Source: Balanoglossus misakiensis (Eukaryota > Animalia > Hemichordata). Taken from it: a stretch of 64,000 bases of DNA. A program made the translations under genes and the position numbers. The stretch covers positions 13,137,337-13,201,336 of the forward strand of contig CM082584.2 of NCBI GenBank assembly GCA_040954595.2, given 5' to 3'. Below are positions 15,001 to 28,000 of this stretch, one piece after another. How positions within the stretch are numbered: the stretch's first letter is position 1; every line of letters starts with the position of its first letter. The notes beneath the pieces were generated by a model. That model saw nothing but the letters and a program-made list of their open reading frames with translations. It was not told the DNA's origin and ran no database searches.

Positions 15001-18000
15001 GTGTAAGAGATTAGCCGGATTTGGGAACACTGATCTCCATCACCTCCAGGAATAATTCACACCCAACACGCCATTTTCAGAGGTTACTTTCAAAATCTAC
15101 GTGGCCATTTAAAGAGATCCCTCATTCGCTGAGGCACAGAGATTCAAGAGTTTGATGGAACAGAAGAAGAACAACTGAGCATGCTCAGAGAGCATCTTCC
15201 ATCTCCTCTTAGTGTTCAACAGCAACTTTATTTTCTTTTGTCTGAGTCAACAGCTAGCATACAATGTACTATTGGCACAGGCTGGTATTTTTACTTGTGT
15301 TTTTCACTACTTTATAAGTCGACACAAAATTATTGAAAACTTGCCAAAAGTTCCATTTAATGCAACAAAATATTTGGGATACATGCACAGATTTTGAATA
15401 CTGCCCTCTAACCCTCGACGTTTCAAGAAATCTTGATTTTGACAAGCAATTTGGGTCTTCCTGATTAAGTTCTTAAAACAGCATAAGATATTCCCTGAAA
15501 CATACAAAAGCCCATGAACATTGTTTGTCTAAATGTCAGTTAGTGAAGCTATCTGGTATATTTGAATTAATAATTTACATAATCACAAGTTTCCAAGCTG
15601 TCTTTTATGCAAATGAAGTCAATGTGTATTCCTAATTTAGCTTTGTAAATTAGTTTCATTATATACCACTCTTTGATGAGGTAAATAAACACAATCATGT
15701 CTGGTCTCTGTTTCTAAAACGAGATGTTCATTCTGTGACATCACATGACCTTTGACCCTTGGCATCCGGCTTACACGCTTAGAAATAACCAAATCAAGGT
15801 CACCAATAGCATGTGTACAAGGGTCTGGCTTGGTGATTTTATTTTATCACCATGATATTTTCAGTTGGACATCCAGACAGCTGAAAGACTGCATTTAACA
15901 GTGTCTACATTTCATAGAAATACAACTGTCATGGTTTTCCAACCATACACAGTGCCTCCTACCCAATTATACTCAACACAATTGACTACTCGTACATTCA
16001 GTGCTACAAATTTGATGACTACATTTACTGTACAATGACACTAAGATATTTCTATTATTTTGTTGGAAAAATTTAACAAACAAAACATTAATTTTGATTT
16101 TGTACAGAAAATTTTTCAAACCAAATCTTACTTAGATAACTGCATTTTGCAGTACATATATTACATGGCTTTATTTCGTATCACAAATGCTAATTATTGT
16201 TGTTTATTTGCCACTGAATCTATCATCTTGTTTTACTCTGATAAAACAAAATCATACTTCCACAAAGAAGAAAGACTGATTCTCTAGAAATGGACTAATT
16301 GAAAATATACAACCCACTTTGGTTACTATATTCAACAGAACTGGTTTAATTTGTCACTGAATTCAAAGATTATCACGTTGCTTTCAATATGCTAACGCCG
16401 ATGAAAAAGGTCAAAGGTCATACCATATCAATTGTAGCATCTCCATCACTTGGGGTTACTGACTAGTGAAATTCACTTATTCCATGAATACAAATTTCAA
16501 CATGTTTAGGCCATTTTGTCAAGTCAAGGGCACATAATCTCCAATAATTGATAACATTTTAGGATTCACCTTTGGAAATATAATAAAATATGCATTCTAC
16601 AATTAAATATACCATTGAATGTAAAAAATATCATGCAAAGCTAGTGATTCCAAAGCAGTACTACTTGTTGGAAACAAAGCTATTCAGAATAAATGTGCAA
16701 GACCCTTTCCTATAACACAAAAATATCTTGTACCTATTTTGAAATTTAACTGATGTCAAGTAATTTTTCACACTGCAGTACACTACACTGTGTAAATGCA
16801 TGCATTCTATTATTAGACAAGTTAAATGGCCCTGCTACAGAAGATTTGCTTGATTTCTCAGGTTTGGGAGGGGGTGATGAAGACATTTTTCTGGAAACCA
16901 AGCAGTTAGAGCGATACTAAATTTTGGTTGATGTGTTTTTATCACAAAAAGACGTAACAGAAACAGCTGCAATTTTGTCAGTCCTAGAACAAAGCAATGT
17001 TAACAAAGGCAAATTATAAACAATAAAAGAGAATTACTTTCACATTTGGCCCTCAAATGTTCATTTCTATCATTTCAATTTACAAATTTTATGGAGAAAT
17101 ACAAAAAAGAATGAAGTATCGAAATAATAATTATTGAATGTACAAATACCACATCTGGGAATCCCACGCAACACAGGGACCACATTTGCATAATAAATTA
17201 AGGTGAGCTTCTACTCCTCTCTTTGTAATGGTTGAGTCCGTATGCCCCCTAAGCTGGTGTGTATGAATATGCACACCACAGCGACACAGTGAAAAGCAAA
17301 CACATAAATCAAGGGCTATCCTGGACGTTCAGTCACATGTCTGAAAATTGCAATGTATTATCACTGCTCATGATCAAGTTATTATTCATATGACCCGTAA
17401 TAATATTCTGACATGGTACGCATCATTCTGGGTGCTTGACCCAACAGAGTTATTATTAAAGTGCATCTCAAAACGGCAAGTTAAAAAATACTAATCACAT
17501 TATTTCTGATACTTCCTTACTAGCGTATAACCTCGGTGTATTGTCTTTCTCCTTCATTTGTGGGGAAATTTCGAGTCATCTGGAAAGACCTATCCGTCTT
17601 ATACATCTGATCTTGCTGATGGATTATTAACCCTTAACAAGCATGTTGGGACAGATTTCTACATGTTTTGCTGGAGTTCTGATACACATACACACAGTTT
17701 ATATGCACTTCAAAATTTTTTCGGGAAAAAAATTAAAACTTGCAGTTACAATGCACTGCTATGTTATTAGGAACTGTACAATTACAAAAAAGTTTTTATT
17801 TATGTTCATACTAGTTGTTTCTTTGTGAATGCAACCACTTGTAACATTCTAAAATGCAATAAATTTCCTGAGGGCAAAAAGCAAATTGATGTATTCTGTG
17901 TCATTCAATGTCCTCCCAATGCATCATGTGATCCATTGCACCTTTTCCTGCAAAATCGCCAGTTCACATGAAGGGAATTTAACTTCTTTTGTCAATGTAT

Positions 18001-21000
18001 GCTTTTCAGCTGTTATCTTCTCTAGTAGCCTTATGTAATCTACCCACTCTAGAATATGCTAATTAGAACCTACAAGGTGCATCCATACAGTGGTGGCGGT
18101 TTCACTGGGGTCAAGAGAGAGCCTTGTACAACAAGCTTGGCTTGAAGTCAACTCCTTGTACTCAATACTGTGCAATTAACCGAGGCAAGCAGTTAGACCA
18201 CTGTCAGCCCTCCCCCCTCCCTAACAAGTATAAACAACTTGACAGAATTAAACACCTTCCTAATGCCTTCCAAAAACAACTTAATACATCATTCATGGGA
18301 TTGTGGTAACAAATACCAGTCGCTGGATAATTGTCCAGTGTATACTAAACACTGGCGATAAATCACAAACCGGTCACGTTTTCACACACTACAAACATTT
18401 TGATACGTATACAGGAAATTCATTCTAACAACAGATTAATATATTCCCTGTAGGATACAATGAAAGAAACAGTTTTTACAATATATATTTCTTAAAACTG
18501 TAAATAAATTGCACATAAAATTTATTTAAAAATGTTAGTATTTTTCAATGAAATAAAATATGCCACACTGATATGGCCCAGGTCCAATATAACATTTTGA
18601 TAAACATTAAAATGTAAATTAACACTATTTGACGGTTTTGGGGAAAAAAAACTTCTCCAGCTATGCTCAAAATAAATCTTTTGTGGCAAAAGCCACTCCA
18701 GTATGGATGAAGTGAATCTGCTCTATTGACATTTAACCAAAATAAAAACAGAAGTTGCAACTGATCCGACTGTTTAAATCCTTCCTCCAAGCTATCCATC
18801 CATCTGTTCGATTCAAACTTCTGTCATCTCCTTTCACTACCTATAACATTTTTTCTCACTTCTATGACTGAAAATATTTAAGGTGGCATAATTATTAATA
18901 ACCCCAGCAGTTAATGTTTATTGATAATTATGATGACTCTTGATTCCCGATGGACTATTTTTAAACAAGTTGGCCCTTTTCACAGTGTTAATCTAAAAGT
19001 GTGATTACCCATAGACAGTTATCAAATACAAAATATAACTCCAACATGTTAATATGACTATCTTTAGTACTGGACTCCACCCACAACACCTTCCCACTTA
19101 ACCAGTTCCAATTTTCTCTTCTTGTTTACTGGTAAAGATTGTCTTGGTTTGTTTGTATTTGTTATTAGACAGTGTTTTGACTGCTGCAGGATGGTTAATT
19201 GACGCAGAAATTGACTAACGTAAAGTTCATCTTCGCGCTTCAGACCTGTTCTCGTTTCTTTTGTTCTATGCTAAATGTATGCAGAATTCCTTTGTGTAGT
19301 GGCAGAGACCAACTCTGACACAGAACCCATTGTTGCATAATATGTTTAAGTTATGTGCCACAATTGTGGTACAATCAAACAACAGCCAACACAAGGCCAC
19401 TGGACTAACAGCGACAATTTTATGATTGGGCTTTGAATAATAAAGCAAATGTCTTGTGCAATTTTAATTTTTTTGTTCGGTTTGATGTGGTATTCCATTT
19501 ACATATTGCAAAATGTTATCAGAATTTTCTGATTACAAATATTCTGTAAGAGTGCCAGGACTTTTCACTAGGCTTCACAGGAGGAGGATCTGTTTGATTA
19601 TCCACTCAAAGACTGCAAAAGAAACTACAACCTAGCAGCTTTCTGCTTGTATGCAGTTATCAGACCTTCCTCAATTTATTAAATCAAAAGATGGGCTCAA
19701 AATTATGAATTATGGTGGACATTTAGACAAACTTCAAACCATCCAATGAAATAAGCCAGGACACCTCGTCTATATGTTTGTTTCCACCAACTGTATTTCC
19801 TCCACTTAGGATGATTATGCTGAACTGAAGTAAGCAGGTCATGCTATTCCAGAGATTTCACTCCACTGGGGGCCCTTCCATAGGTGGTTTTATTTATTGA
19901 CACTTGAGGGGCCCTCTGGAGTGCAGTACCACTGCTGTATATACTATCAACACTCAATTATAACTCCTTGCAGAGAGAAGAAATCAAAATGTTATTGCAG
20001 CAATGCACTTTGCCATGCTCTTTTTAATTTGACAATGGGATATAAACTTTACGTAAGTACTGCACAGCAGACAGAAACCTTAACAATCCAAACTCATGCC
20101 TGTAAGCTAACATGTAAATCCCAGACTCTCTCATCTCCATCTGCTGGACTGTGCTGTTGAAATTTTAATAAATCTATCATAAACAAAACAAAAACAGAGA
20201 CAGAAAGTCCCTTTTTTCTCTCAACTATTACATCAGAGTTGTTGTCACCCACGGGAAGTGAAAGCAAAATAAATCCAATTTTTGACAAATAATGGGATAA
20301 TGACAAATATTCTGTCCAAGAGCAAGACAGGGACTGAAAAATCTTGCCAGAGATTTAGCGAACACATTACAGATGGCGTCAACAGTTCCAAATCACAGCA
20401 CACCCACCTCCTGCATTTCTATTGGTCGACAAGCTCCGACTCAAATAATTAACTTCTGCCAGCACCATAAACTGAACGGACAATTCAGAGTGCCTGACAC
20501 CTGAAGAGCATAGTGGTGGATGAGAATAGGCTTTCCAATGCAAAGCCACGTGCTCAATGGTTGCGGAACTTGGGAGACTTGGTTAATTACCATAGTAACA
20601 GGTTGCTGGCCAGAATAGAAGTCAAGCTTTGGATGGAACTACATGTATAATAGGTGCAGAGTTGAACAAAAATTGTAAATTTTGTGATGTTTAACAGGAT
20701 GAGCCATGTGTTGTTTGTCCTGTATCACAAGAGAATGTCCTCTCATATACACTGTCTAGTCACGCGAGATCTCACAAGGTCTCGTTGAGTTTAACAAATG
20801 GTCTATTACTGACTTACGACATAAATTTGGTTATTTCTAATTCACATGAGAATCATGGCGCTCTCCTCACTGGATCATGCTGACATGTCTCACATAAATG
20901 AGAAATAACCAAAAAAATATCGCACCAATAATCATGTATTACAGAAATGTCACAACTAACATGAGGAACAATCTTGCTATTTTATTTAATCATTTTATAA

Positions 21001-21487
21001 CATGTATATACTAGAATTCATTCAAGGAGCATTAGATACTGCCCTGATTTACCCATAATACAACTGTACATCACCTGTGCCCAGTGTCTCCAATTACCTA
21101 TGACTTAAATTTTACAACAGTCTGCAGGACGCATTCTCATTTCAATTTTATCATTACACATTAAAGACAGTCAACAGCATCTTAGACCCTAATACTTGAC
21201 ATTTTAGTTAATATTGTTTTATAATACTTGTATATATCAATCAGATGATTAAATCATATAAAATTTCCGTAACTATTCAATGTTTCTCAAACTATTAAAT
21301 GTATTCTTTAAAAAATATCAGTAAATTATCTTAAAGATTATTATCAATGCTTATTCCCTCGATTTCATATTCATAGGTTGTTTTTTCAAGGGCCCTGGAC
21401 CCATGGAAAAGAAAATCCCAAAACATAAAAGTGAATAAGAAACAGGAAGAAAGAGAGGGGAATACTTACATTATACTCTCTACTTAC
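1..21487 (-). other. SSBP intron 4 (>21 kb, 3' end outside the window)
   Basis: Donor GTAAGT at 21487. No exon encoding the expected Pro/Gly/Met-rich SSBP continuation was found between 1 and 21487, and there are no credible ORFs. A small exon could have been missed. Confidence 0.75.
3957..4006. repeat. Two-copy 24-bp tandem repeat related to the CATAGACAGT mini-element end
   Basis: ATAGACAGTGGAGGGCAGTGGACA followed by ATAGACAGTGGAGCCCAGTGGACA; a further CCATAGACAGTAGA at 3781. Confidence 0.6.
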
Positions 21488-24237
21488 ATAATCATGGAAA
21501 GCTTTTGCTTCACTCGAATGTTCACATGTTTCCCTCCTTTCAGGAGCTGCGCAGTATAAATCCCAAAAAACACTGAAACAGGAAAAAAATAGATATTATT
21601 ACATACATGTCACAGTATCAAACATTTGTATGCTGTATTGCTTGAATTACTGTACTTGGGAAAAGTAGAAGAATCAATTGTTTTACTCGTTTTTAATTTA
21701 AAGGCCCAGTGACTCTTAATCACTGGATCTCTCTTTAAGACAATATTCTAAACCTTAGAGAGGATAACTAAGGTCCAATTAATCTAAGTATCTCATATAA
21801 AAGCCTGATTCTCAATTACTTGGTCTCATTTACAGCCTGATACATCTCTGGATTTCAATTAAAGACCTAATTACCGACTTGATTCTAACTTAATCTCTTT
21901 ATTTAAAGGCCCATTTCTCAATCCCTGTTTTCCACTTAACTAAAGGCTATATTCTAAATCTAGATCTCTCTAAAGATCTGATACATCCCCGGATTTCACT
22001 TATAATGGATCTAATTTCTTATTACCGGCCTTACTAAATGGCTTGATCCTAAATCACTGTCTCCAACTTAATAAAAGGTTTGAGTCCCAATCACTGTTTC
22101 TCACTTAAAGGCCGATATTCAAATCTTTTCCTCTTACTAAAATGCATCCAATAACATAAATATGATTTTCAATATATTCTTATTCTATGTCTCAAATTAT
22201 TGACTAATAGCAACAAAGTTGACTCTACCTGTTAAAAATGTATTCATCTGAACAGCACACAACATACAGAAATAAGTTCTGCATGCAGTAAACATCACAA
22301 AAAATATTTCCCAACAAAGTAATGTTTACCCAAAGTAGACATTTATAAATTTCAGAATAAAAGTGGATTAATTGCCAGGTCCCTTTGATGAGAAACAATG
22401 GAAATCAGTTCAAACCATTAAAATATTGCCCATCACATCTACGAAAAGACAATAGTCACATCCTAGTCTCTGAAACAAGGACAGGCTGACAATAAATGTT
22501 CATGTCAATTTCCATAAAATTGGATACAAAATTTGTTACAATGTGATTTATTTTGAAACTAACACCAGAGAAACCTACATCTATACTGAGCAAATTTAAA
22601 TATTGCAACATGAGTTGAAGTAGCAGACGACACTGTCACAGTCAGTGATGAAATATCTCTTCCTTTTTTGTTAACCGACTTCCTTTGTTTTACCACAAAG
22701 CCCACTTATGAGTTAGTCTTCCACACAAAGAACGGTAGCTGGCACATTACATTTTCTCACCCTACAAGGGCTAACACCTCCCTGCCGTTGGTCACATTTT
22801 TTTTATTCCGTCATAAGTTTTGTAGAGGTTAGGGTGGCATACAGACGACCGACTCTGTAACCTTTGAGGTGCCCAAAAGGTGGTCGTCTTCGCATGTTTA
22901 TACAAGGCTGACGTGCACAAAAGTGGTAGCACACACACAAAATAACCGTTTTCGGTGATATTTAGTGGCTGACGAGAAGGTTTACGCTAACGGGCCACAA
23001 AATCTGACAAGGGGAACTTAGGAGGCGCACGAGAGATCATACGCCTCCGAGGCATTTTACGGATTTTCGTTGATTACAAATCAAATAATTGACAGAGCCT
23101 CCAACAAAAGGTAAATTTAAATGATCTCCGTATAAGTTACAATTCATGCGGTCCGTGGACTAGAAAAACTTGAGGAACCGCTTTCATGAAGTCTGAAGCT
23201 GACGTCTTAACTGGTGCTTTACTGTCACAGAGCTTATCACCCGCACACAAAACACACATCACAAAGGATTTTGTCGACGTTTGCACGGGTTAATATTAAC
23301 CAGATTTTATTCATAACGCGAGGCTAGGTCAGTGCCACCACAGCGAAACAAAAGATAGGGCCTCCTTTCAACATGGAGGGCTACCATGGCACACCAATAA
23401 CAGTGGCCGGTACAACCATATCTTATGTATCACTCGACTAGTGACCAAATATCAAAACATACTTAAATCAACCCCAAGTGTTAAGTCATTGCCTATGGAG
23501 TAAAATTATCACACAGTCGGACAATGGTGTCGCAGTTTACAATACAGACACTGCACTGTTGTGAGTGCGTAACTTTGTATCATTTCATCTATATTATATG
23601 TATATACTTGACTCACCACCACCACGAATGTAGAAAACCCGGCGGTTCTCCTAACGTTATATTTTTCTCCCATCGTATCTGAAACGGCAAAATGTAAGCA
23701 CTTATTTAACATACACAACAAATTTGGTCAACACACTATACACATAAATCGTTTACCATTGTGTTCGCCATGTCACGGCGTGTATTTATTATCACGAAGC
23801 GTGGAGGGAACCACACAAAATTCAAAATGGAGGGACGGTATACACAAAAAGGTACTGTATAAAAATTAACTTACCTCTGAAAGAAATGTCTGTGCACTTT
23901 TTTGAGCTCCGACATGGAGTAAATATTCATAAACGTACAGTGCTAACCTGAATCGAGAAAAGGAAATGAGTAAAAATTACCACGTTGTTTACTAGGTAAG
24001 CAACCAGGAGGCCATAATGACTGAAGACCGAACGCTGAGCCGGAGGAGACCGACGGATGAAATTACGAATTACGACTTTCCGTGAACGGATCTCGCCGAA
24101 ACAAGTATCAAACCCAATAGATCCAATACTGTAGATTCGAATTATACACTTGGTTTTGCACTACAAGTCAAAGAAACTTACTTTTCCCTCGCCTGACTGT
24201 CCGAAGGTACGCTAGAACCCTTTCCTTTGGCGTACAT
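21488..24237 (-). CDS. SSBP3: Single-stranded DNA-binding protein SSBP2/3/4 (Ssdp) family, 5' coding exons 1-4 (LisH/LUFS domain); gene continues beyond the left edge
   Basis: Exons 24237-24182, 23947-23875, 23678-23617 and 21572-21488 (56/73/62/85 nt, all GT-AG, 92 codons) translate [92 protein letters not shown]. This is near-identical to the N-terminus of vertebrate SSBP2/3/4 as I recall it. The paralogue number is arbitrary for an invertebrate. Confidence 0.97.
21695..22140. repeat. Degenerate minisatellite (~30-38 bp units) in SSBP intron 3
   Basis: Recurring variants of TAAAGGCC-gAT-TCTCAATCACTG-(GA/TT)TCTCACT, e.g. ~21700, ~21800, ~21904, ~21941, ~22074, ~22106. Unit boundaries are approximate. 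Confidence 0.55.
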
Positions 24238-25016
24238 GCTGGGTAGCTGAACTGTCACGCACCTGTCAAGCCATCAAGGCCGAGTCCGACCTCGTTGTCA
24301 TAGGAACTGTAGTTGATGACCTGTCGAAACGGCAGTTTTGATTGGCTGATTCACCTTAATTGGTTGGGAGATCTTGAAACCGCACCAAGCTGTGTTCACG
24401 TGATATATATAATTATATTCAATAGGCCATTTTGTTCCGAGGGACCTTCGGATGCGTGAAGTTGCTCAACAAAATTGCTCCCCTCACGAAAAAAGAAAAG
24501 GAAGTTGATTTCACTTTATAATCATCATATCATTCTATGGACTTTTCTCTCAATCTTAAGAAACATTTAAAACGCATATTCGTGACATATCTTTTTATCT
24601 TATCTCAATTAAACATTGGTAACATTTCCGCACTTTTAAAATAAAAGGGGGTAAGTTAAATAGCAATAAAAGCCTCGTGTTGCAATGTGAACAGACTGTA
24701 TCTACTCTACATTGGATGTATATTTCATCTTTTAAACACCAGTTCATAGGGATTTTACGCTGTTGACTTCGATAGAATGAAAGCAACATCTGTGTCTATT
24801 TCCAAATCAATCCATAAAACTTTTCTGGAATTAGCGCTCAATATTATGAAGGCATCGGACACATTGTTGCAGACGGCTTCTACCGTTGTTGTAACGAGGT
24901 TGAATGATCTTGAAACCGCTATACAACAAATTAGAGGCGGGCATTCCCTTTCATTTCGAGCCCGCTGTTACAACAACCGTCTTTATTCCCCATTCACAAA
25001 ATCATTCATCACAAAA
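24238..25016. promoter_or_regulatory. Divergent promoter/5'-UTR region shared by SSBP and ATG10
   Basis: Only 779 bp separate the two ATGs. The region is locally CpG-rich, with reverse CCAAT boxes (GATTGG ~24340, AATTGG ~24358), palindromic E-box TCACGTGA at 24396-24403, and a YY1-like AAAATGGCG overlapping the ATG10 start codon. Confidence 0.7.
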
Positions 25017-28000
25017 ATGGCGACTGGTACCATATCCTGGACAAAATTCAAGAAAGATGCGCTTGAAATTATAAGACATTCGGGGCATATTCATGATGGC
25101 TGGCAGTATACGACGATCCAGGTTTGTTTCATACTCACAAAAAGTATATTATAGTTCAAAGAAAAACATGTAGAATGCCTGAACACCTTAGAAAAAATAA
25201 TGGGATTTTGCTTAAAACTCAGGAACGAGCGAGGTAAACATATCCTTACTGCCAGCTGATGACGATCAGCTGTGAGAGGCCAGCAAAGGGGTTACCCGTG
25301 CACGGTTCGCGTATATACGCTTACGAAGTTGGAGTGGCATATACACGTCGTCTGCTACGGTGCAAACCCATTGACAGAAGTTTTACGCACGAAAACTTGA
25401 GGCAGGGGAACTTTGGGATAAAACGTTAACTTCGTGCGTTTTTTGTTTGCTAAGTGTGTCAGAAAGATTATTCCCAGTAATAACTAATATTTCCACGAAT
25501 ATTTTGCGTGAGATGCTTCCTGGTGATGAACTGTGTATAAAAGACGCCGGCAAAATCGTTTACAGGTCGTCGTATTGCAATGTACATGTAGTGATGAAAT
25601 GAACAAAGGACGTATTGTATTGTATATTTCGGAGCGCAAAGTTCACGAGAGTTCGCGATCTACTGCGCACCAGTGTACCTGGGCCATACGCGTATAACAC
25701 TACCTAGGCAACATGCGCAAACATGCAACCAGCGACTGTCGAGTATAACGGACCCGAGCGCAAAAGCAGGCCACTTTGCGCGAACGATTTGTAAGATCTA
25801 GGACGAGGAGGAAATCGCATTTTTGGAAATGGGGTGTCTTTGTTGCATACGCGTACCAACCGGCAACCTCTTTGATCACATCCAGTTCTCCTACAGTTTC
25901 CAAAAGTAATTGACAATGAGCTTTATAATGTGACTCAAATTTAACTTTGTTGTTTCGTGAAAATGTAAAACTTTTAAAATACAGCGAACCTAAGTGGTTC
26001 AAGTCCAGAACAATACACTTTAAATACATTGACCAATCAGAAGCCGTTTATTTGCACTTTTAATATCCGAAAGCAACAAAGTCACTCCTCATTGGCCAAA
26101 GAAGTAAGGTGACTTTTCATTGGTTACCATGGTAGAAAAAAAGACAGAAACGTTTTCTTTCTGATTTAGTTACCTTTATTGAACAAAGTAGAAAATGAAA
26201 CTATGCTAATATGGTGGATTAATATAATACCTATTGCCTCAAATATTATCAAAACAAATTTTGACATCACATTTTCAGGGGTGTCACTGTTGAAGTAAAG
26301 AAAAGCCAGGGAAGATAATAAACATTCAGTTCTTGATTTACATGTAGATAGTTGAATCTTCTTTCACTTTGTTGTTTTCTAACAATCATATAGTTAAGTT
26401 TCTCTAGTAAGGTCTGTCAATAGCTACCTCTCCAACCTCTACTGATGCACTTTAAACTATACAAAAGTGAAGCCTCAAAAACCATAGACAGTAGAAAGAG
26501 TTTCTACTGTCTATGCAAAAACGCAGCAGACATAACTACAAATGCGGTCACAGCAGTCTGAGTGGCTGGTCTGTGTGACCTTGCCAGTACAGGTTACCAG
26601 ATACATTGTGTATGACCTTTGACCTTAAAGTGCACACACACGCTTTCAGGAACTGTCAAGGATATAAAAGCAAAGTCGGTGACAAAAGGGGTGGAACCAC
26701 CAGGTATATGTCAAGCTGTAACTTTGCCAACTATTTTTCTTAAATTTATTTAATATAATTGTTTAGTACAGAGTAAGTACTAGTATATTTGACATTTGAT
26801 ACATGGAACAAAAATGGTTAGAAAAATACTGTCACATGATAAAATACAAAAATCAAGATATGAAGAACAAAAATCAGGCTGAATAAAAACTGTTTTTTTA
26901 CACTAGATGTCATGTACATCACAAGTTTTCATGCCCATAGTAACAGAGCAGACTTTGGTTTGTTTGTGGTTTATGTGCTCCACCCACTTTCCATGATTTA
27001 TGTGGGGGTTTTTTTAGAAAAAATCCTTCCCCATTTCTTTATTCACATTGAAGGGGGATTGAAGACCAGTCTAGCCTGTTCTTGCAACATGGATTTAACA
27101 CAGCTTGGTTACATTGGAATTGCAAGGCTTGTTATGAACCATGCCTGTGTTCATTGAAGACTCATTATCTTGTATGGTCAATTCCATCCACAAAACTATC
27201 ACAAAATACTACAACCAGATTTTTTTTAATATGACCTTGTTGTGTGCAGTAAACAATTAAATTAGTCTTTCTGGAAGTGTCAATTTTACACATCTCAGTA
27301 TTTTTCATTTTCTAGCTGCGTTTTTTCCACTTTGCTCAAGTTTTGGAGCACAATGGAAAAGCACAGCTAGATACTAGACGAGCTTTCTTGATACAGATTC
27401 TGAATTATAATCTCACATGTTTTCTGCCAGTGTCAAGCCAATACATGTTGGTGTATACAAATGTTTGCATTCTGGTTAAATATGTTTTATCAGTGAACTA
27501 ATATTTCATCATTTTCAACACTTCTGCTTGTTGGCAAATAACTTAAATGGCTAATAAAAACGAGTCTTACATTTTTGTTTGAAAATCAAATGACCAGATA
27601 ATATTTCTGTTCCACTAGAGATTACTACTTGTTTGAGGTCACTTGAATGTCGGAGTGAAATCCATGCCTTCTCCAAGTAGACTTGCTCACTTTATGATGG
27701 GGATGATGGGAAGAGAAAGTGGCAATATGCTTGCACGAAAATGATGAAGATGAAATATTTTTACCCGGGTAAAACTTTGCAGTATGTGAAAACCTAGTAG
27801 GCATGATTAGCCCAGCACCCAATTTTCGCTCACATGCCTGCATGTAAGGGCTTCATTCACATGTGATGTCCTACTTTACCCAGACAGTATTAGTTCCTCC
27901 CTATTCATATGCAGATAAGCTATTGGCTCAATGCCAAACTTATTTGACCCCTCTTTCTTCTGACTGTGTATGGCCTTGTGTATTTTTTCTAAGTTCGGTC

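Noticed and set aside
1070-20306. Dozens of 60-150 aa ORFs in SSBP intron 4
   Set aside because: No recognisable domains, random composition and no consistent exon chain. No SSBP exon 5 was identified.
24777-25154. 125-aa ORF as a stand-alone gene or N-terminally extended ATG10
   Set aside because: ATG10 similarity starts only at ATG 25017 (good context AAAATGG), and the ORF is cut by a donor at 25122. The upstream part is promoter/UTR.
25520-25600. RTGATGA C-box-like motifs (possible C/D snoRNA)
   Set aside because: No suitably placed CTGA D box with terminal stem and no recognisable rRNA-complementary guide.
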